NCBI GenBank assembly: GCA_040143965.1
Contig: JASJQH010006888.1
Coordinates: forward strand, 1-54,214
Origin: Basidiobolus ranarum
Taxonomy: Eukaryota
Length of the DNA: 54,214 nucleotides
Reading direction: 5' to 3'
Below the pieces are notes generated by a model that saw only the letters and a program-made list of their open reading frames with translations, searched no databases and was not told the origin of the DNA. The position numbers and the translations under genes were made by a program. This document shows, piece after piece, positions 11,841 through 24,205 of the stretch; the first letter of the stretch is position 1, and each line of letters starts with the position of its first letter.

Positions 11841-14070
11841 ATGGGTAAAGGAACAGGTACCGATCTCTCCATTACTATTGTACTGATTCGATTGAGGGCT
11901 AAAATGTTTCCATGTTAGATAAAATGTATATCACTCATAGTGAGTGGTCTAACGACTTTAGTGATGGGGGTATGTCTTTTGGTGGAGCAAAATCCAAAAA
12001 AAATACTCAGATATTCAAACGTCTCCCTTTCTATTGTTGCTCCCTAACCCTTCAGCCTTTTCAACATCCTGTTTGTACCCCTGAAGGAACAGTATTTGAT
12101 TTGGAGTAAGAATTATTGAAGTTCAACACCAGCGAAAATGGAAATATCTAACCATATTTTATCTTCTAACAAATAAGGAGTATCATACCTTATATTAAAA
12201 AATACGGTACCAATCCCGTTACTGGTGAGAAATTGGAGACTGGTAGTTTGATAAAACTTAATTTTCACAAAAACCCCGAAGGTAAACCTCACTTTTTCCT
12301 CGATTTTGGACTTTAACTTATCTAGTTGGCCTAATATGAATAGGTGAATATTGTTGCCCGGTCACCTTTCGAGTTTTTAGTGATCATACACATATTGTGG
12401 CTGTCAAGACCACCGGGAACGTGTTTGCTTATGATACTGTGGAGAGACTTAATATTAAGGCTAAATATTGGCAAGATCTATTAACAGATGAGCCATTTAC
12501 ACGAAAAGATATTGTAACCCTTCAGGTCAGGCTCAGAAACTTTCAACTAAGTTGGAATCGCACTCATTGTTCATATGATTTAGGATCCTCACAATGTCGA
12601 AGGAAGAAATTTGACCACCTTTCACCATTTAAAAAACGATTTAAAAGTATTGACTGAAGGTGGGTTAAACCATAATTCTCGTTATCGAATTGATTGCTCA
12701 TGCGGAATATTTTTTATTACAGAGGAACTCGCCAAGAGAGATCCATCAAACAACATCACTAATGTGGGAACTACAGGTAGAGTTCTAGCAGAGCTGAGAG
12801 CTAAGGAAGCCAAAAAGGTAATTTACATTACTGCTCAATATTAAGAGGTCCTCTTTTGACAACTCTTATGTAGTCTTTGCAAACTTCCGATTCACTTGAT
12901 AAAAAGGCGAAAACTCCATATAATGCTGCACACTTTTCTACCGGCCGAGCTGCAGCCTCCTTTACATCCACTGCTTTCACACCGGTGACAGTAAATGAGC
13001 GAGCACTTATCGATGAGGATGAGTTCATGTATCAAGAAATCAAGAAAAAGGGATACGCTAGAATTCAAACTAATTTTGGTGATATCAATGTTGAACTTCA
13101 TTGTGATCATGTAAGTGTATCTGTCATAAGGTTATCAATGTCATGTTACTAATCTGACACTTGACTTGATTAGACTCCTATGACTTGTCACAATTTCATA
13201 CTTCTTGCCAAGTCGGGATATTACAAAAACATCAAATTTCATCGTTTAATCAAACATTTCATGGTAACGATTTCAGCACTCCTCACCATAGATACTTGGC
13301 TTCTAAATACCTCCATTTATTGTTAGTTACAAGGTGGAGATCCCACTGGCACCGGCCTTGGTGGTGAATCAGCTTGGAAAAAAGATTTTCGCGATGAATT
13401 AAAAGGAAACCTCACGCATACTGGACGTGGTATTCTTAGCATGGCCAACCGAGGAAAGAACACTAATTCTTCTCAGTTGTAAGTCTACTTGGCAACGATT
13501 GTACTTTGAATTGGATTTATATTAACTCCTTCAACCAATCTATACATTCCTCAGCTTCATCACGTTTCGATCCTGTAATCACTTGGACAATAAACACACA
13601 GTCTTCGGACGTGTCGTTGGTGGAATGAATGTCCTAGACAAAATAGAGGTGATTGAAACGGACGACAAAGAACGACCATCTCGAGATATCTTGATAAAAG
13701 ATGTGATCGTCTTTGTGGACCCTTACGATGAATACAAAAAGAAACTGGAGCAGACGTTGAAGGAAGAGAAAGAGGAACCAGCCAAAAAACTAGCAGAAAT
13801 GGAGAAAGAAAAGGTAAATCCTGATAAGATCAATATTTCTTGATGTTCCTTACTTATTCCATAAATTAGGATAATACAACATGGTTTGGTCCAGTTAAGC
13901 AGAAATCTACTAGTACTAGCATCGGCAAATACATCAGTGCTGAAAGTAAAAAAAGACAAGCAGAAAGCATCCCCAATGATGATTCGGTTTCCGACATTCC
14001 CGAAAACAGTGGCGAAGTGAGAAAAAAGAAAGTGGGCTCTTACAAGTTTGGTGACTTCAGTGGCTGGTAG
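11841..14070 (+). CDS. PPIL2: U-box cyclophilin peptidyl-prolyl isomerase (PPIL2/Cyp8/CYC4), multi-exon
   Basis: Motifs [88 protein letters not shown] and [14 protein letters not shown]. The protein ends FGDFSGW*. Confidence 0.95.
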
Positions 14071-14362
14071 TTGCAAGATGAGTAAGTGGACTTGGCATTT
14101 TTGTTTATTACCGTGGAATTCTCACTCTAGCTTTTTTAGATATATATGGTCATTTATGCTGCGAAAACAATAAACATCCTTGAATAATACACGCGAATAA
14201 CACACGCAATTAGATTTGCCACTCTAGATCGTCATGATCTCGGATAAACTTTCTCTCTGTTATATCTCGGCGATATATTTGGGATTGCTGGAGTGTAAAC
14301 TTTTGGGCAAGAACAAATAAAAGCTGAGGACTACAGTATTTTCCTAAATATTCATCACCTCA

Positions 14363-14989
14363 ATGGGCAATTCATATTCTGATACTTATGGGCCTCGACC
14401 ATTAGTTTTGGTGAGTCCACCAGTTGGAGTCATCGGCTCACAATATATTGCGCAGCAACCAACAATCCTTTACCTCCGAGAGCTGATTTCTCTAAGTGGA
14501 GAGGAATTCAAGATCAAAGATTCAAACGGTACAGTGCTGTTCCGGTGCCATGGTCATTTCTTTAGTGGGCTTTCGCAGAAAAAAACGGTGATGGATATGT
14601 TCGGAAACCCTGTATTCAATATTAAGCACAAGGTTCTCTCCTTCACCAAAGCCTATGAACTCTATCTTGGTGACAATTCTCAAAAATTGTTGGGCGATAT
14701 TGATACCCATATCACAATGACGTGCTCCAAAATGACTGCTCTCTTGACCACTCTTGGAGGAACAGCCTGTCAGTTTATAGTGAAAGGAGACTTCCGTGTC
14801 CACGAAGCATTTATTTTTCGAGGAGATCCAAAGAGAGGTGGAACGCTGCTTGCTAAGGTCTTTCGACCAGTTACTGCCCGACAAATCTTTCTTGACAAAC
14901 ATGACTATTGTCTCGAGATTGCACCTGGAGTCGATATGGCTTTGATGGTATCCTTATGCATCATGATGGATGAATCATATAAAGATTAA
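14363..14989 (+). CDS. LURP-one-related / tubby C-terminal-like protein
   Basis: Intronless 208 aa with SLSGEEFKIKDSNG, FIVKGDF, and a C-terminal YCLEIAPGVDMALMVSLCIMMDE typical of the LOR family. Confidence 0.85.
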   Translation: MGNSYSDTYGPRPLVLVSPPVGVIGSQYIAQQPTILYLRELISLSGEEFKIKDSNGTVLFRCHGHFFSGLSQKKTVMDMFGNPVFNIKHKVLSFTKAYELYLGDNSQKLLGDIDTHITMTCSKMTALLTTLGGTACQFIVKGDFRVHEAFIFRGDPKRGGTLLAKVFRPVTARQIFLDKHDYCLEIAPGVDMALMVSLCIMMDESYKD

Positions 14990-15486
14990 TCAAGAAACCT
15001 AATTACTTGAGCATTTCTCAAGCACTCTTAACGAAGACCACCGACATCCAAAAGTAGTTATCAACTTGTTAGTTCGTCATGCAACTTCTCAATTCAGTTC
15101 ATGGAAGTCATGCTTACAAGCTCCGGAAAGGTAAATCTATGATTGTCAAATACATGGTAAATATGTCAAATACATGGCAAATATATGGCGAAAATTATAA
15201 ATAAGGATTGAAAAATCACATGGCTAAACTGTATGTCATGTGGTATATGTTTGATTTATAGATTCGAATGTCTTGTGATGCACTAATCTCTAAATATGTT
15301 GAATTGCCAACGCCTCTATCATTAAAGTATCTTAAAAACCTCTTAGCTTAAAAAATTGTTGTAACACTGATTTACAAAAATAGAAATTCCCCCATTCAAA
15401 ATGATGTACTAGTATTGCTTTAATGTTTTCAAAACTCAATTAAAATTAAATAAAAACCGAATAGGAAAGCTTCATTAATAATATTT

Positions 15487-16887
15487 CTAATTCAAACAGT
15501 CGGGGCCGCCGCAAACCTCATCAGATGGATTGGGATTTCTGTAATATGGCTGCTCACCAAGACAAGCAGGTAAGCTGACCAGCTTCCAACCACGACATTT
15601 CAAGTATTCTATGGCACGTTGTGCTAAAGGCAGAGTTTTGGGATAGCTAGGGGATCTGAAATCTGCTGTAGTATTCCACACATCGTGATTCAGTGAGATG
15701 AACTTTCCTTCTAACGTACTGGCACTTCCTGATTGATTAACGTACTCTAGGTACATTTCGTCAATGCTATTGACAGGATTCCAGTCTACTGGGTTAACAT
15801 TCCAAGTTACAACTGTGTATCCCATACGCTTCAATACCTGGCGGGAGTAGCTGTCAGTATCTCCATAAGGAGGGCGCATGCAGGTTGGCACAACACCGAG
15901 AATTTGAGCGAAAGCACGATTTAATTTGGACATCTCATAAGTGGTATTATATTCATTTACCGTCATCAGGTTGACATGAGACCAAGTATGTGAGCATATT
16001 TGATGCCCAGATGCATAAGCTCTCTTTACGACATCTGCTAATTCATAGATCGTCTTGATTGGATTTCCGGCACCGCTATTCTTCCAATTGTTACCATTCA
16101 TAAAAAAGGTTGACTTAACTCCAACGCGGTCCAAGTAATCAAGAAGACCTGGTGTTAAAACGCTTGGTCCATCATCAAAAGTAACTGCGAATGTGCCTGG
16201 AACTTGACATCCAGTATGGACAGATGCTTCGGTACCATCTTTACATCCACCTAGGCTACTCTGGCATCCAGTGCCACAATGATCTGATGTGTAACCGCAA
16301 AATCCGTTTCCACTACAGCAGAGTCCAGGAGCACATGAACCAATTCCTGCGCCGCATCTTTGGTCCAAGTAACTCAACATTCCACTAGGAGAAGGCACCA
16401 CAGTCGATGAAGTGGTAGAAGAGAGAGTGGTACTAATAAGTGAGGAGGTGTCTACACTGGAAGATGATGCAATAGTAGTAGTAAGACTGCTGGTAGAAGA
16501 CGAGATGGTGGATATGGTAGGTATGGATGCAGTGCTTTGGGTACTACTAGGAGTTGTGCTCTGGATAGAAGACGGAGTAGTGGGCACGGTAAGTATGGAT
16601 GAATTACTTTGGGTACTGCTAAGAGTTGTACTCTTGATAGTACTAGTGGTTGCTTTCTGGGTACTGCTAGGAGTTGTTCTCCGGGTAGTGCTAGGAATTG
16701 TGCTCCTGGTGGTACTGGTAGTTGTTCTTGTAGTAGTGGTAGAACGACGACCTCTAAAGAAATCGAAATCAATGCTCCAGTTGATTCCAGTCACAGAACC
16801 TACGCCATTGATCTCCTGTGCAGTTGAGCAATCTACGAAGGAGAGCGCGAAGAGCGAAAATATTGCCAACTTGGAAAGAGAATTCAT
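15487..16887 (-). CDS. Secreted chitin deacetylase (CE4/NodB) with Ser/Thr-rich linker and CBM18 hevein module
   Basis: Signal peptide, S/T tract, CBM18 CGAGIGSCAPGLCCSGNGFCGYTSDHCGTGCQ, and CE4 motifs TFDDGP, HTWSH, RPPYG, PVDW and LNHD. Confidence 0.92.
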   Translation of the reverse strand: MNSLSKLAIFSLFALSFVDCSTAQEINGVGSVTGINWSIDFDFFRGRRSTTTTRTTTSTTRSTIPSTTRRTTPSSTQKATTSTIKSTTLSSTQSNSSILTVPTTPSSIQSTTPSSTQSTASIPTISTISSSTSSLTTTIASSSSVDTSSLISTTLSSTTSSTVVPSPSGMLSYLDQRCGAGIGSCAPGLCCSGNGFCGYTSDHCGTGCQSSLGGCKDGTEASVHTGCQVPGTFAVTFDDGPSVLTPGLLDYLDRVGVKSTFFMNGNNWKNSGAGNPIKTIYELADVVKRAYASGHQICSHTWSHVNLMTVNEYNTTYEMSKLNRAFAQILGVVPTCMRPPYGDTDSYSRQVLKRMGYTVVTWNVNPVDWNPVNSIDEMYLEYVNQSGSASTLEGKFISLNHDVWNTTADFRSPSYPKTLPLAQRAIEYLKCRGWKLVSLPACLGEQPYYRNPNPSDEVCGGPDCLN

Positions 16888-18544
16888 TTTTTGGCCACTA
16901 ATATTTCAAGTGAAGAAACAGATGGAAAGAAGAGATATTTATATCAGACCAAGATAACGCCTGAATCTTCTAATTGTAGGCCGTTTCACTTAATACTTGA
17001 TATTGTTTATTAGATTATATTGAGTCACTTTACTTTCTATTCTATAAATAACCCTATACCATGAGCTTTCGTCAATCAATCGCCTGCTTCGAGCTACGTC
17101 TTTGTTAGTCCATTCGATTCCAAATCTGGAAAACCGAACTGGGTTAGTCAATTTGATATATATTTACTAAAGAAACTCCACCAACTTAGCCCTCGGAGTG
17201 AACTACGAATATTATTCTCAGAGCCTGGTTCTATCTGTTTACAACATCTTTCAAGGAATGGTTACATATACATAGCTATGGTGGTTTTGTAGAGTGGCAT
17301 ATCTTTACTATGAGACGCGATTTAGTACACACAGTAAACTAAATCGATCCTAGCCCCGACTTAATTCAAATGAATTGAAAGTAAAGTAAAACTCTGGCCG
17401 AATCAAATATGTAGTTTCGCATTGCATTTCTTAGCTCTTAATCGAGTCAATGATAGTGTGCTATCTATCGGTAGTGTAACAAAGCTCATGAGTATCGTTA
17501 GCCGTTAGCTGAATTTGTAATTATCCTTCAATAGTCAATAGTTTGTGTTCCCTAACGACTAAAAGAAAGCTTGTAGATAAGCGTATGTGTCAAATTTTTA
17601 TATCACACTCTTCGGAAGTCATATAATTGGTGTGGTTTTTAGTGATTTGACTTTTTGAGTTACACCGTTTGAATGATGAAGGAAGGGTCTACTTTCCCTG
17701 GTATGTTATCGGTAAATATTGAGGATTTGACGATTGACCAAACCTGTGCTCTATTCGCTCTCACACTAGACACTCCATCATCTGTCAGTAACACCATATG
17801 TTTTGTAAAGGCGATGTCACTTTCCACAATTCGAGCTTCCATAGTAGATTGACAAGTCTAGTAGTTCGATTGTAGGTGGACCTTGCATATGTCACTGCTG
17901 TTGTTGTTATACAGTCATTTGATGTAACCAATTTCGCTATATGGTTATCCTCCTGTATATTATCAGGTAGAACGAGACACTAACAAACATAAAACCGAGT
18001 AAATGTTGAGTAAAATACTGACGAATCAAAGCTTACGAGGATAAAAGAGATAAATTTGGGTTTATAGGCTTGGGAGGGTAAAAATGAGATAAGGTACATT
18101 CATTCATTTAAACCACTATAACCCTAAATTTATCTACTTGTCAAACTAGCATATATATTGATACCGATATGACCAGCATACATTGATACAGAAATGAAAC
18201 TCAGAAAAAAACTCTCGTCTTGTAGTAATAAATTGTACATCGGTTGGAAAATTAGGGTTAGATAGGACTATTTTCTAATGCTAATTCTAGGGCTAGGATC
18301 ATTTTATTTAGCAAGTCCAAATAATGACTTTGTTGATTATACCTGAGAATTTCGAGTGAATGATGAATATATGCTCCACTTGATAATTATACAAAAAGTG
18401 ATCAGGACTGTTAAACAGGCTCAGAATTTAAATCAATCTGCGTGTGATATTGAATTTTTTTATCCCATCGAAAAAAATCAACAGTACAAAGTAAAAAGGA
18501 CTTCCCGAGAATTAAGCAAAGTCCATCATTATTGCTTTAAGAAC

Positions 18545-21500
18545 ATGCCAAGTGCTTGTCCAGAATTTATTGGCGTTGGATGCAACAAAACTACACAAGC
18601 CGCGGCTTGGGGTAAAGACGGCTTAGTAGCTTTTGCTGCTCAAAATAATATTGCTCTTTACAGACCTAAGGTAACATTTATGCCGCCACAAAAGTTCATT
18701 ACACACAATAAATAGTAATGTTATTTCGGTTATGATTCAAAGGATCCTTCTCATAAGGGTATTGAGACCACTCTTCTGGGTCATAGCGGTCGTGTAAACT
18801 GTCTTCAATTCATTAATAGAGGTACATATTTATCTATACCAAGTAGAACGATATACAAACCCTCATTCTGATTCCTTTTTTGAATACACTTAGGCCATGA
18901 ATTTGAGCAAAAGAATGTTGCTTTGGTTTCCGGCTCGACCGATCAAACAGCTAGAGTCTGGAAACGCTTAGATAATGGCAAGGTTCTGAATACTTCCAGT
19001 TTTATTTTGATTCTATTCGCTTCTAACATATCTCGTTATATAAGTGGGTTACCTCTGCTGTTCTCACAGGTCATACTGCACCGATTACTGTTATTGGTTG
19101 TATGCGGTCTCGTTCCATTAATTCTGAACGAGACTTAATTGCAACTGGGTCCACCGACGGTTCTATAAGAATATGGGAAAGAAAGGAAGGCTCAGCTGAC
19201 GAACCAGGTTCGGGCCGTAAAACTTAAGAGTACACCTTCGTATTTCTAACTGTTTGTTTTAGATATTGTGGAGTGTAAGCAAGTTATTCAAGTTGGGACA
19301 AAATATCCTTTATCTTTATCCATTTCCGTGTTACCTGGATCCCAAGGTACTTGATTGAATTTTAATGTTTGTTTAGAATTTTAACTGATAGCTTGAATAC
19401 ATTTCAATTAGTGCCAATTTTGGCTTGTGGCAGTACCGATATGAAAGTTCATCTCTATATAGAAAAGAATGGAGAGGTAATTTTCTCCATTTCAGATTCA
19501 TCCCTTTACTTTAGCTGACATACCTTTAGTTTGTTCAAGCCTTGTCTTTACAAGGACATGAGGATTGGGTTAGAACCTTGGCTTTTACCACTTTTGTTAA
19601 TGGCGACAAAGAGGATCTATTACTTGCCAGTGGATCACAAGATCGTTATATTAGATTGTGGCGTATAGTAGAATCATCTCAAGGAAATGAAGACGAGCAA
19701 AATGATGGTACTTTTGCTAAAGATATGCTAGAGTCGTTAAATGAAGCCATGAAGTATGTCACAAAAAAAGGGCATTTATGTTATAAAGACTAACATCCTT
19801 GTAAAATACAGTAAGGATGGAGCTGTACAACTCAGTACTAAAGCTCATATTATCGAAGTTACTGGACCAAATGAAGCCGAAAAGTAATGCCGTTCACTCA
19901 AAAAATAGTTCACTGGAGTATTCTAATTCTTTTTGAAATATATAGAAAACGATACACCGTAATGTTGGAGGCTTTGTTGATTGGACACGAGGATTGGGTA
20001 TATAGTGTCGATTGGGCTCCACCTGTTCAAGGTAAGTTTTGACGCGTCATAAGATTTCATCAATCTTTAAATTCTAACCTCCATCTTGTAGAAGAGAATG
20101 CTACCTATTCTCAGCCTCCTATCTTACTTTCAGCTTCAGCTGACAAATCCATGATGATGTGGACACCTGAGGAAGAGGGTGGAGTTTGGCTTACTCAGGT
20201 AAGAGTTGGTGAAGTCGGCGGTAATGCTTGCGGATTCTATGGGGGCATGTTTGGTCCTGATGGTAAATCCATACTCGCCCATGGCTACAATGGTACTTTT
20301 CATCTGTGGAGTAATGTGTCTGAGAATGGTATGAACTATCTAACTATTACCTCTCCCTGGTCTATTTGTATTAATTTAATTTTTGCAGAATGGCGGCCAC
20401 AAGTCACAATTAGTGGGCATTTCAAACCAGTCCAGAATTTGACATGGGATCCTACTTCACTTTTCTTCGTTTCTGTCAGGTTAGAGTCTTCACATCAAGA
20501 TGTGAATATTTAGGATAATGTATTAACTTTCTGTGACTAGTCATGACCAAACTGCTCGCCTATTTGCTCCATGCATCTATTCTGATCTAGTATCTCAAGG
20601 CCAACACACTTCTTGGCATGAGATCGCCCGTCCTCAGGTCCACGGTTATGATGTTCAATGCTTGGCGTTTGTTGATAATTATCGCTATGTTAGTGGTTCA
20701 GATGAGAAGGTAATCCTATGTTGATTGGAATATGCTGGTAACATATCTCTAACATTTGATCAATATAAGGTTCTCCGTGTTTTTGACGCTCCTCAAACTT
20801 TTGTTAACGCATTGGCGCATCTTACTGGTAAACATGAGCTTTTGGAGGAAGTGGTACAGTAATCGATGCTATCTAACAATCTTAAGTTCAACTGGGCGAT
20901 ATTGATATCATTCTAAATCACAGACTCAAAGACCTTTGACCGCCAATCTTCCAGCACTTGGCCTTTCCAACAAAGCTGTCTTTGCAGGTATTAGGAATAC
21001 AGAGATCGATTTAATTATTTTATTCGCTGTACTAAATTATTATCAACAAAAGGTGATTTGGGTAAAGAGACTGAGACTGAGCCCGAGGATCTGTTGAATC
21101 GACAAAACTTTACTGCTGCTTCTCCTGCCCCAGCTTCAGTTCTAAAGACTTTGGAGCATCCTCCATTTGAGGAATTTTTGGTTCAGCATACATTATGGCC
21201 AGAGGTTGATAAACTATACGGTCACGGTTATGAAATTATGTGCGTTGGAGCTAGTCATGATGGACAATATGTTGCTTCTGCCTGTAAGGTATTGTGGAAT
21301 TTCTATTCTTACTTTCGTAGGACGTAGCAATTAACTCAACATGGATTAGGCTGCGAACGCTCGTCATGCTTGTCTTAGATTATTCACCGTGAACAACTGG
21401 AAAGAAATCGCTTCACCTCTTTCCTCCCACGTACTTACAGTAACAAAAGTAAGATTCTCTTGGAATGATAAATATCTTTTATCTGTTTCTAGAGATCGCT

Positions 21501-22231
21501 GTTGGACACTCTTCGAGAAAACTGGCAATGAAGGTTTGTTCTTTTGTAACTTTTTGAGAAATACAAAAACTAAGTGATCGATTTTATCAGAGGAACCATT
21601 CGTTCAAGTTGCTAAAGAACAAGCACATGCACGTATTATTTGGGATTGTTCATGGTCACATGATGACCGTATTTTCGCCACTGCCTCACGTGATAAAACG
21701 GTAAGTTTTCTTGTGTTTATTGTCACTGAGTCGATGCTTATGAATGATTTGTATTTAGATCAAATTCTGGTCAGTAAACTCCACATCTGAAGGCACTACT
21801 GTGGCTCTCTTAGGCAGTATCAAGTTAGCAGAGAGTGTAACAGCTATTGATTTTGCTCCTTCGTCCATCGACAACAGGTACATAAAGAATCAATTATTGA
21901 TTATTATGAACGGTTGTATTAACATGATCGCAGATACGTTTTGGCAGTCGGCCTTGAAACCGGCCACATCTTACTCGTTCAAGGACAAATAGAAGAATCT
22001 GGCAGTCAATGGGAGATTCTCTACCAATTCGAGTCTAGGTATTTACCAAATTGAAATTTCCATTCATCTCTATGATTAATCCTTAATTTTTCAATGCTAT
22101 TTAGTATTTGTCACAGTGGAACTGTTCACTCCGTAGCCTGGCGTCGTCAAATATGTTCAGATAGTGAAGCATTACAACTTGCCACTGCAGGGGAAGATCA
22201 CTCAGTTCGCCTTTTCCGTATTGAAATTTAG
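18545..22231 (+). CDS. ELP2: Elongator complex subunit 2 (WD40), many introns
   Basis: Motifs [88 protein letters not shown] and [12 protein letters not shown]. The stop TAG is at 22229-22231. Confidence 0.96.
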
Positions 22232-22570
22232 ATATTCGTAAGGGTTTTGATGAGAAATATTTGTATGTAATCTCTGTTCTACCATTTCACCTAAATTTTT
22301 CACGAATTCATATAATTTACCAAGCATGGGTAATTATAGAGAATTTTTGAGAAATATTAGTGAAGAAATTTAATAAATCACTTAATAATGATATATTTGA
22401 TGTCAAATTTTAATGATTTAGTAGTCAGGGGGGATTATAGAAATACATGTGTTGGAAATAGGAGTTAATATCTCAATGGTAAATATCAATGCGATTGAAT
22501 GGGGAAAAAATTAAAATATGATGTATATGATTTGGGGTGCAGTCGTGTGTGTGTATATGTAAAGGAATGA

Positions 22571-23341
22571 TTAAATCATACCGGGAGTAGGTTGGGTGTG
22601 GACACGGTTAGGTGCATATCCACCTGGTGATGGACTCCTGGGAGGATATGTGGCTTGACGGGGTGGATAAAGAGATTGATTGGGGGGATATCCTTGCTTG
22701 TACAGACGCTGAGGCGGATATGCTTGCGATGGCTGTTTGGAAGGATTGGGAGATGGCTGGGGAGAGGGTAGCTGGTTAGGCTCATCATAGTCACTGTCCG
22801 ACTCTGATGATAAATCATCAAAGTTATCTAGTGTAAGGGACGATGGTGTAGAAGTAAAGGAAGGAGCTTTTCCAACCAAACTCTCGTACACAGGTACCCA
22901 ATCTTCTGAACGGTTGGAAGAAGAAGTGAGAATGAAACCCATGTTAAGTTCAATCTCACCACTGATCACATCTTTTGAACTTTTCTTCTCCAGAGTGTAC
23001 CAAATAGTTCTTTTTTGGGAAGGATCGAATGAAAGTGGAACACCATCGATAAATAACTCTCGAAAAGAGAGGTTAAGTTGTCCCATAAAATCCCTACCAA
23101 AAAAGTCGTTATCCCAACAAACTACTTGAATAAATTTCGGTGGGTTTCTCATGTTAATCTTAAACTCAAAGGTAGTATCCCAAGTGGGTTCTAGTGTCTT
23201 CGGGATAACTTTCGTTGTCTTCTTTTTGTTTTGAAGCTTTACCACGACAAAGGGATCGGATAATCCATTGCTGTCTTTGGGAGCCAAGTTTCTAGCTCTA
23301 ATGACCTGGATCTTCAGGGCTGAAATGGAGTGTACAGACAT
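22571..23341 (-). CDS. Stand-alone C2-domain protein (Psd2 C2A-like) with acidic and Pro/Tyr-rich tail
   Basis: Intronless 256 aa with ARNLAPKDSNGLSDPFVVV, KTLEPTWD, CWDNDFFGRDFMG and WYTL..SGEIEL. The tail carries repeated YPP. Confidence 0.85.
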   Translation of the reverse strand: MSVHSISALKIQVIRARNLAPKDSNGLSDPFVVVKLQNKKKTTKVIPKTLEPTWDTTFEFKINMRNPPKFIQVVCWDNDFFGRDFMGQLNLSFRELFIDGVPLSFDPSQKRTIWYTLEKKSSKDVISGEIELNMGFILTSSSNRSEDWVPVYESLVGKAPSFTSTPSSLTLDNFDDLSSESDSDYDEPNQLPSPQPSPNPSKQPSQAYPPQRLYKQGYPPNQSLYPPRQATYPPRSPSPGGYAPNRVHTQPTPGMI

Positions 23342-24205
23342 GTTTGCGAGGCGATGTGGAAGGTGTCAGGAACATTGTCAGAAACCCTCTAGTTTTATAC
23401 TGTCAAGAGATCATTGTCGACTAATATAAGGAACCAATAGTCATTTGTATTTCCAAGGCTATAATTTAGAACATATGCACAGAAGATCAAGATATATGGC
23501 TCTGCATGGGCTAAGATCTAAAGGCTGGTGTAACCTGAGCATTATTTGATAGATTGTTCCATCATCTCGTAGGTAGTAGAGGGAGCTGCTTATGCTCTCC
23601 TGATTGATTGAGAGAATTTAGAGCATCAAAGACCCCAGGGGATACCGTAAGGGATACCTACCACCGATCAATGTAACCATTAGAGTGACTTTAGAATCCA
23701 ATCTTTACCCTAACTCCAAGATTGAGTAACAATCAATTTGTAGCACGAAATCAAACCCGACGCATAATTGACAAATCAACGTAATGGTTGTATAATGTTT
23801 CATTGTAGCCACATTTTAGCCACTCTCGATATTTGACTCTCAAGCACTCTCCATCTATTCAATGCCCCTGCCTCTCTATCTTTTCACATCATATATCCAC
23901 ATCAATCAAGGTCAGAGTATTAACCGTCTTTATTGAAAGTTCGTTAGAGGATAATCTAAAAATATGGTGAAAGTAAGCAGAATCTAATAATGATAGGTGA
24001 GATGTTACGCAACTTGTTCAATATTAACTAAATTTATGAGTAACTACACTGCACTGCACTACACTACACTATACTATAATGGAAGATACAAATCCGGGCA
24101 CTAATGGTCAAAATCGAATGAAGTACATGATTTTTATGACACAAGCCTATTGTATCTCATCAAATACATGGATTAATAGGAATCCAACAGCTCCCCAAAT
24201 GCTCC

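Noticed and set aside
15780-15803. CE4 motif 4 reading NPVDW instead of DxxDW as a sign of an inactive enzyme
   Set aside because: The Asp next to Trp and the other catalytic and metal motifs (TFDDGP, HTWSH, RPPYG, LNHD) are intact.
16412-16957. 181-aa Val/Leu-rich plus-strand ORF
   Set aside because: Antisense shadow of the Ser/Thr-rich linker of the chitin deacetylase.
17671-17780. RTGATGA C-box-like motifs (17672, ~34677, ~45575) as C/D snoRNAs
   Set aside because: I saw no suitably placed CTGA D box or terminal stem.
24044-24078. 5-bp microsatellite (ctaca/ctgca)n and a 20-bp tandem duplication at ~15145-15185
   Set aside because: Ordinary slippage repeats in 3' or intergenic DNA.
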